From the NCBI GenBank assembly GCA_038227875.1, contig JBBRPR010000007.1, forward strand, positions 151,838 to 215,837: a DNA stretch of 64,000 nt, in the 5' to 3' direction. How positions within the stretch are numbered: the first letter of the stretch is position 1; the number at the start of each line of letters is the position of its first letter. Position numbers and translations under genes: made by a program. The notes beneath the pieces are model-generated. The model was not told the origin of the DNA, searched no databases, and was given only the letters and a program-made list of their open reading frames with translations. This DNA is from Planctomycetota bacterium (GTDB lineage: Bacteria; Planctomycetota; SZUA-567; H5-PLA8). Below, piece by piece: positions 58,224 to 64,000 of this stretch.

Positions 58224-59990
58224 CTAACGCGCCCCGACCGAAAGCAGCGCACTCAACTGCTCGGCCGCGCAATTCCACCCAAACCGCGACTCCAGCGTCT
58301 TGCTGCCGTTCTCCGCAACCTTCTTGCGCAGGCCTTCGTCGAACAGCAACCGCTCCACGCCCCAGACCATGCTGCCCTCGTTGGCGTAGGTGACTACGCT
58401 GTTCTCTTCGTGCTTCAGCAGCGAACCGATCATCGCCTGCGTGCTCAAGACCGGGCGCTTCGCGGCCCACGCGGCGAGGATCGGCCACTCTTCCGTCTTC
58501 GAACGGCTCGGCACCGCGATCACATCGGCCGCCTGAATCAAATCGAGCAGCTCGCTGCCGCCCACATGCCCGACGATCCGCACTGCGTGTTCCAGAAGAA
58601 GGTACCGCGCGTGCACGCGCAGTGGCCACTGCAGCGGGCCATCGCCGACAAAAATAAAGCGCGCCTGCCGGTTGTTCTTCAGAATCTGCGGCACGGCCTT
58701 CATCAGTACGTCCGGACCATGGCGGTCGTCGAGATCGCCGATGAACAGCACCGTCGGATCGATCGGCCCGATCGTGTACTTCGCCTTGATCGATCCCGGA
58801 TCCAGCTCCGCCACAATCGGTCGCGTCGAGAACGGATGATGCGCATAGACAATCTTCGAACCGCATTCCGGAACCGCCGTGATCGCATGCGAGGCCGCCG
58901 CGTCCTGCTGAATCAACACGCTCGTCGCAGCGCGCAGGCCGTCGGTTTCGATCTTCAGAATCTCCTGGCTCAGCGCGCTCTTCATGTCGCTGCGCTGTGT
59001 CTCCAGCGAATGGATCGAGAAAATCGTCCGCAGCCCCAGCCCCGCGAATTCAGCGATCAGCGGAATCGACGCCCACTCGTGTCCCATCAACACCGCGTTC
59101 GACGGAATCCCATTCGGAAACGCCGCGCGGACCGCTTTCATCCCCCGCCGCGCAAACGAGCGCACGCGATCGATCAAATCGTCCGTAACATCTTCCCCGA
59201 CGACGTGAAGTTCAACGCCGCTGGCCACGTTCGCGAATGCCCCGCGCGAGAAGATGTGAACCTTCGTCCCCTGCTCCACGAGATGCTTCGCCGTATTCGC
59301 GACGTACGTCCCGATCGGCGTCTCCGCGTCTTCGTAGCAGAACACACACAGGGTCGCGGCTTCCGTTGCTTCGACCACGCGCGTCGTCAGCGGCACGACG
59401 CTCTTGGGCGTCTCCGGCGGCACGCTCTTTTTCGCGGCCGGTTTCTTCGCCGGAGCGTCCACCACAGGCGCCGGAATCGGAGCCGGAATCACTGGCACAG
59501 GCGTTTCAATCTTCTTCGCTTCAACCACCGCGGGAGCCGCCTTCGCGACCGGCGCTGCCACGGGAACTGGCGCGGGCGGAGCCACTGGCGCGGCCGCAAG
59601 CTTCAACGCCACGACCGGCTCCGGGCTCTTCTCGACGACGGGCGCTGTCGCCACGACCGACTCCGCCTTCTTCTCAATCACCGGCGCTTTCGCCACCACA
59701 GGAGATGGAGCGGGAGCAGAAACAGGAGCCGGCGCGGGAGCCGCAACCGGCGGCTTGGCCGCGGGGACAGGCGTACGCCGCTTGCGCGTCGACGGCGCGC
59801 GCTGCGCGATGCTGTTGGAAATCTCCATCACCAATTGATCCGCCGCGTCACTGCCGGTGGACTTCTTGGCATTCTTCACAGAACCTGTAGTGGATCTGCT
59901 CATTGATTTCTCCTTCGCCTTACCGTTCGCGCCGCCGTCGGCCTTCGGTTCCGCCTTGGCGTTCGCGCTATATTTTTTCGCTCGACTCAC
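58224..59990 (-). CDS. GT4-fold protein with ~200-aa Ala/Pro/Lys/Val-rich N-terminus and degenerate catalytic motifs
   Basis: GHEW, IKAKYTIGPIDPTVLFIG, VGDG. EX7E region reads PSRSKTEEWPILAAW. GTG start overlaps the upstream TGA. Confidence 0.82.
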   Translation of the reverse strand: MSRAKKYSANAKAEPKADGGANGKAKEKSMSRSTTGSVKNAKKSTGSDAADQLVMEISNSIAQRAPSTRKRRTPVPAAKPPVAAPAPAPVSAPAPSPVVAKAPVIEKKAESVVATAPVVEKSPEPVVALKLAAAPVAPPAPVPVAAPVAKAAPAVVEAKKIETPVPVIPAPIPAPVVDAPAKKPAAKKSVPPETPKSVVPLTTRVVEATEAATLCVFCYEDAETPIGTYVANTAKHLVEQGTKVHIFSRGAFANVASGVELHVVGEDVTDDLIDRVRSFARRGMKAVRAAFPNGIPSNAVLMGHEWASIPLIAEFAGLGLRTIFSIHSLETQRSDMKSALSQEILKIETDGLRAATSVLIQQDAAASHAITAVPECGSKIVYAHHPFSTRPIVAELDPGSIKAKYTIGPIDPTVLFIGDLDDRHGPDVLMKAVPQILKNNRQARFIFVGDGPLQWPLRVHARYLLLEHAVRIVGHVGGSELLDLIQAADVIAVPSRSKTEEWPILAAWAAKRPVLSTQAMIGSLLKHEENSVVTYANEGSMVWGVERLLFDEGLRKKVAENGSKTLESRFGWNCAAEQLSALLSVGAR

Positions 59991-61852
59991 GTCAGCTCCG
60001 CAAATTTTTCAGCGCAGAGCTCCAGGTACCTCCGCGCGACATCGCTCCATTGAAACACTCCGGCCTCAACCTGCTGCCGGCCAGCCTCACCCATCCGCAC
60101 CGAGTGCGCCGGATCGCTAAGCACCCGGTCGATGGCCCAGTTCATCGAACCGGGATTGTCGTACGTTGCCAGCCCGGTGTGGTCATGCTTGACCAGGTAC
60201 CCCACCCCGCCATGCGTCGCGATCACCGCCTTGCCCGCCAGTCGCGCCCAGCGCAGTGCCTCGCCGTCGCCGGAATAGCGATGCCGCGCCGGAAAGACCA
60301 GCGCCTCCGCCGCTCGCACCGCGCGCTTGAAAAACTCGCCGTCCACCTTGCCGAAAATCTTCATCGCATGATGCACGCCCAGCCGGTGCGCGCGGTTGTA
60401 CAGCGCGTCATGCATCCGCCCCATCCCGATAAACGCGATCCGCAGGTCCTTCGCGCGATGGAGCGCACTGGGCAGCGCTTCAATCAGCAGATCCGGTCCC
60501 GCGCCATGCTCCAGCGGCCCCACGAACAACAACACGCGGTCGATCGGCCCAAAGCCCAGTTCCTGCTTGACCTTCCCCACATCCAGCGGCGTCTCCCATT
60601 CGTTGGGCAGCCGTCCCTGGATCGGAAACGAAACCAGCGGCGCGCCAGGCAGTTTGCACGCGTCGATCGCCTTCGCGCGCAGATACTCCGGCATTAACAC
60701 CACCTTGAACGCCTGAATGATCTCGCGTTCGACCTGCTCGATCTCCAGCGACAGCGGCGTCGCCTCTCCGCCGTTGCGGCGCGTAAGCTCCAGCGACGTC
60801 ACCGACAGGATCGCCGGCCGCCGCGTAATCCACGGCGCCTTTCCCGCGATCCATTCGTGGACGTGAATCAAATCGAAGTGCGGCAGCGTCGCCAGTTTCT
60901 TCTCAACACCGGTCGCGAAACGCATGGCCTGTTTCACCGGCGCGGCCGTGAGATCGATCGCGATTGGATGATACACGACCCCGTCGGCTTCGCGCTCCGC
61001 CGTGAAATCCTCGCGCTCCGGCGAGAAAACATGAACGCTGTGCCCCGCCGCGCACTGCTCCTTCGCCAGCTCGCTCACCGCCGCAACATCGAACGTGAAC
61101 GTCGCGATGCGCAGCGGATGGCGCAGCACCGGCTTGCGCAGCTCGGTGAGGATGCGGTCCTGTTCCCACAGATTCCCAATCGGCGTGCACTGCAGCGTGT
61201 CGTCGACCAGCAACCCCGCCTGGCTGTTGCGCGACGAAGGGGATTCCGGCGGAAATGGCGTCGTGAACGAACGCGCTGCCGCGATGAATTCACCATTGCG
61301 CAATTCGAAGCCGACTTCAGCCAGCTGCGTCGTCCCCGGCCGCGGCAGATGAAAGAAGATGTGTCCGCAAATCTGCGGCAGCGACAACGTCGAAATGTGG
61401 TGCGCGTTCAAGCCGTTGAAAATGATGAACGAAACATCGTAGAGCTTCAGCACCATGCGGCAGTTGGTCCACGCCGCGCCCCGCGACTTAGCCGTCGCGT
61501 CGATCCACTCTTGCTTGATCCGCCAGTGCGCGAAACCGTGCTTCGGAGCCACCCAGTGCAAGGCCACCGCACTGGTTTCCGGCACAAACAACGACGCCGG
61601 ATTTTTCTCACCCACTTCCCAGCCGACGCGCCGCATCGTTTCCTGGCTGGGAACGTTTGACGCCGCTTCGCTTCGCCCGGAATTCAGGCCCGGCCCCGCA
61701 TTTGTGCCCGGTCCCGAGTTCGTGCTCGGCCCCGAATCCGTGCTCAGAAGGGAGAGCGAGCAAAATTGAAGCGCCGGCATGGAAGACATTTTGTCCCTGA
61801 CTTTTCTAGGCGTTAACTGTCGCTTGGAATCACGGCCCCTTTTTTTAGCCAT
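59987..61852 (-). CDS. DUF4912-like domain fused to degenerate GT4-fold domain
   Basis: LKLYDVS...FNG.NAH, EVGF...GEF..AARS, HVHEW, LGFGPIDRVLLFVG. EX7E region reads PARHRYSGDGEALRW. Start may be 61789. Confidence 0.8.
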   Translation of the reverse strand: MAKKRGRDSKRQLTPRKVRDKMSSMPALQFCSLSLLSTDSGPSTNSGPGTNAGPGLNSGRSEAASNVPSQETMRRVGWEVGEKNPASLFVPETSAVALHWVAPKHGFAHWRIKQEWIDATAKSRGAAWTNCRMVLKLYDVSFIIFNGLNAHHISTLSLPQICGHIFFHLPRPGTTQLAEVGFELRNGEFIAAARSFTTPFPPESPSSRNSQAGLLVDDTLQCTPIGNLWEQDRILTELRKPVLRHPLRIATFTFDVAAVSELAKEQCAAGHSVHVFSPEREDFTAEREADGVVYHPIAIDLTAAPVKQAMRFATGVEKKLATLPHFDLIHVHEWIAGKAPWITRRPAILSVTSLELTRRNGGEATPLSLEIEQVEREIIQAFKVVLMPEYLRAKAIDACKLPGAPLVSFPIQGRLPNEWETPLDVGKVKQELGFGPIDRVLLFVGPLEHGAGPDLLIEALPSALHRAKDLRIAFIGMGRMHDALYNRAHRLGVHHAMKIFGKVDGEFFKRAVRAAEALVFPARHRYSGDGEALRWARLAGKAVIATHGGVGYLVKHDHTGLATYDNPGSMNWAIDRVLSDPAHSVRMGEAGRQQVEAGVFQWSDVARRYLELCAEKFAELT

Positions 61853-61896
61853 GGGGCTTCCCAGCTGAACACGTTATTGCGTGGCGATTTTGAAGT

Positions 61897-63060
61897 TCAC
61901 GCAACGCCGGTATAAACCTGCTCCGTCTGTTCGGCGATGCTGTCCCAGCTGAACGCCGCATCCACCGCCGCGCGTCCGTTCTTGCCCATCCAGCGGCACT
62001 TCTGGTGATCCGCCAGCAGCGTCCCCAGCCCCCAGCCCACCGAATCCGGCGTGTCGTCGACCTGCAACCCGTTCACGCCATGCCAGACAAACTCCGCCGG
62101 CCCGCCGCGCTTGGTGCTCACCACCGGCTTGCTGGCGCTCCACCCTTCCAGGATCACAATGCCGAACGGTTCGTTGCGGCTGGGCACCGCGACAATGTCG
62201 CAGGCCTTGAACAGATCCACCACTTCCCGCCCCTGCTTGCCGCCCAGCAACCGCAGCGCGTGAGCCACATTCAACTGATGCGCCATCGACGCGACTTCGT
62301 GCCGCATATGCCCGTCGCCGACGAAGACGAATTTGGTGTTGGGATAAAACTTCAGCACCGATGGCATCGTGCGAACGAGAATGTCCGGTCCCTTCTGCAC
62401 CACCATGCGCCCGACGAAGAGCACCGTCGGATCCAGCGGCCCGATCGCGTACTGTTTCTTGATCGCGCCGACATCCAGCTCGTGGTCGAAGGCGCTGGCG
62501 TTGACGCCGTTGTAGATCACCTTCGTCTTCTCGTCGGGAAGCTGGTAGAGCCAGCGGATCTCATCGCGGAGCTGATTGGAGACGGTGATCACGCGGTCGG
62601 CGCAGTACGTGCCGTGGCGTTCGTGGTCGGTGACGCGCTGCGCCTGTCCGGCGAAGTGGCGGTTGCCGTTGCGGCCGTACTCGGTCGAATGCATCGTCAG
62701 CACAGATTTGCGCGGCCGCGCTTCCTTGATCCAGACGACCGTATTCGACGCCAGCCAGTCATGAGCATGAACGATGTCGAACGTGCCGACGTGATCTTCG
62801 ACCGCGAGGAATTCCTTCACGAACGCGCGGCACATGTTGTTGATCTCGTCGACGAAATTGGGGCTCAGCGTGAATCCGCAGCGGTGGTAGTGCACGCCGT
62901 GAATGTTGTCGTACGCCTTCTGATTATGGCCGACGCGCGTAAAGACGTGAACTTCGTGGCTGCGCCGTTCCAGCGCCGCGGCCAGTTCTGTCACGTGGAC
63001 GCCCACGCCACCCACCGGAATGGAATGGAGCGACTCCCACGAAAATAAAGCAATACGCAT
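61897..63060 (-). CDS. Glycosyltransferase family 4 (glycogen/alpha-glucan synthase candidate)
   Basis: GGVGVHV, HAHDW, HSTE, VGRMVVQKG, PSRNEPFGIVILE. GAGGAGG upstream of ATG 63060. Confidence 0.92.
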   Translation of the reverse strand: MRIALFSWESLHSIPVGGVGVHVTELAAALERRSHEVHVFTRVGHNQKAYDNIHGVHYHRCGFTLSPNFVDEINNMCRAFVKEFLAVEDHVGTFDIVHAHDWLASNTVVWIKEARPRKSVLTMHSTEYGRNGNRHFAGQAQRVTDHERHGTYCADRVITVSNQLRDEIRWLYQLPDEKTKVIYNGVNASAFDHELDVGAIKKQYAIGPLDPTVLFVGRMVVQKGPDILVRTMPSVLKFYPNTKFVFVGDGHMRHEVASMAHQLNVAHALRLLGGKQGREVVDLFKACDIVAVPSRNEPFGIVILEGWSASKPVVSTKRGGPAEFVWHGVNGLQVDDTPDSVGWGLGTLLADHQKCRWMGKNGRAAVDAAFSWDSIAEQTEQVYTGVA

Positions 63061-63146
63061 CCCTCTAAACCTCCTCAACCCAAGCCCGCGATTGGACTGG
63101 GACGATTCATAACGTTCGCAACGCCGCGCCGTTTTTTCATGCTCAA

Positions 63147-63162
63147 AGCACAGCAAGTTCCG
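63147..63162 (-). promoter_or_regulatory. Possible sigma54 -24/-12 promoter for the alpha-glucan operon
   Basis: CGGAACTTGCTGTGCT has GG-N10-GC spacing about 90 bp upstream of the first gene, but deviates from consensus in both boxes. Confidence 0.3.
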
Positions 63163-63676
63163 TAATGAATTGCACTTGTTAGCAATTAAAAAGCCAGTAC
63201 GGAATCGGGCGTTAAGCGTCGAATTGTAGCGTGAAGTTCCGAAGATACACTCTTATTATTTCAGTCAAGTTAACCAGTCTGGTTCTTTCTGACCACCTAT
63301 CTATGATATGTTTTATATGTGCTACAGTATGGCGCGCACATCGAGCATCTCCGATTCGGTGATCGCTTATTTCAAAGTTTAATCAATTCGAGCGACTCAT
63401 ATTCAGGGGGCGATTCATATGAATGTCGTATCCATAAATCCCCATAACTGAGTAAGCCATCGTCAAACCCACCACTTTCGCAGCATCAAAATACCGCCAA
63501 CTTTTCCCTTGCGTTTACTACCCTTCTTAGGGTAATGTTCATCCACCTGCGGCTGTCCGTCCTTATCGCTGAAACGCGGTCCGGCAGTCGCCCTACTTTC
63601 TCCCACACAACCCAGCACACCGATCAAAGCGCTCAGCGCCTTCGTGTCGCTCTGTGGGTACAGAAAGGAAATACCT

Positions 63677-64000
63677 ATGAAAACGCTCGACCCCATCCAC
63701 GACCGTGCCATCGACCTTCTCGTCCAAGGCTACCGCCAGCACGAAATCGCCGCCGAACTCAAGATCAGCGACCGCACGCTCCGCCGCTGGATCAAAGATG
63801 AAGTCTTCCGCGAAGAACTCGAAACCCAGCGCGACGGCGCCCGCACCATGGCGCAGACGGTGATGGCCATCGCTGCCGCCGACCAGGCCGCTTACGCCAA
63901 AAACGCCATCAACCTGGCCTTCAACATGCTCAACTCCCACGACGAAAAAACGCACGAACGAGCGATCGTTTTAGGCATGAAGCTGATCGCTCAGCAAGAA
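63677..64000 (+). CDS. Partial N-terminal helix-turn-helix protein
   Basis: Not in ORF track. AAAGGA RBS, MKTLDPIHDRAIDLLVQGYRQHEIAAELKISDRTLRRWIKDEVFREEL..., open to window end. Confidence 0.75.
   Translation, partial: MKTLDPIHDRAIDLLVQGYRQHEIAAELKISDRTLRRWIKDEVFREELETQRDGARTMAQTVMAIAAADQAAYAKNAINLAFNMLNSHDEKTHERAIVLGMKLIAQQE

Noticed and set aside
58204..58866. Long N-terminal extension of the GH57 ORF in the track
   Set aside because: Overlaps the GT4 gene out of frame. The family-typical start MPKGYL is at 58203.
61678..61745. 18-bp repeats encoding STDSGP/STNSGP/GTNAGP
   Set aside because: Looks like ordinary linker slippage in a disordered N-terminus.
63329..63451. Two tiny plus-strand ORFs and palindrome ATTCATATGAAT
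   Set aside because: Too short, with no supporting evidence.

Overview
This is a 64-kb, high-GC bacterial chromosomal segment. Gene content suggests Planctomycetota (inference from the zinc-finger/TM proteins, the ECF sigma with a prenyltransferase-repeat partner and the cox cluster layout). Main blocks: (1) 5.5-15.6 kb, minus strand: a complete A2-type heme-copper oxidase operon (cupredoxin-like lipoprotein, ctaC, ctaD, ctaA, ctaB, ctaE, ctaF, an ABC pair, a SCO-DUF420 fusion), followed by a SurA-like PPIase. It is divergent from a Rieske protein and a 1330-aa octaheme cytochrome c, with no cytochrome b gene in the window. (2) 21-45 kb: mostly housekeeping and catabolic genes (IclR, amidase, FAH, nadE, plsC, pyrE, lpxA, ypdA-like, gatB, DUF885, heparinase II/III-like, ECF sigma/anti-sigma, xylB). 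(3) 46-50 kb: an HDOD gene, an intact sigma54 activator and a degenerate second activator, downstream of a cluster of TCGGAC boxes. (4) 51.6-63.1 kb: a six-gene alpha-glucan locus with one motif-intact GT4, two motif-dead GT4 paralogs, two GH57 branching-enzyme homologs (one frameshifted) and glgX. DUF4912-like domains are fused to one GT4 and one GH57. Many intergenic spaces carry inverted arrays of 7-bp tandem repeats. One such element occurs both empty (31.9 kb) and carrying a gene with atypical composition (45.4-46.1 kb). No rRNA, tRNA, CRISPR array or transposase was recognised. All family assignments are by eye from motifs; no searches were run.
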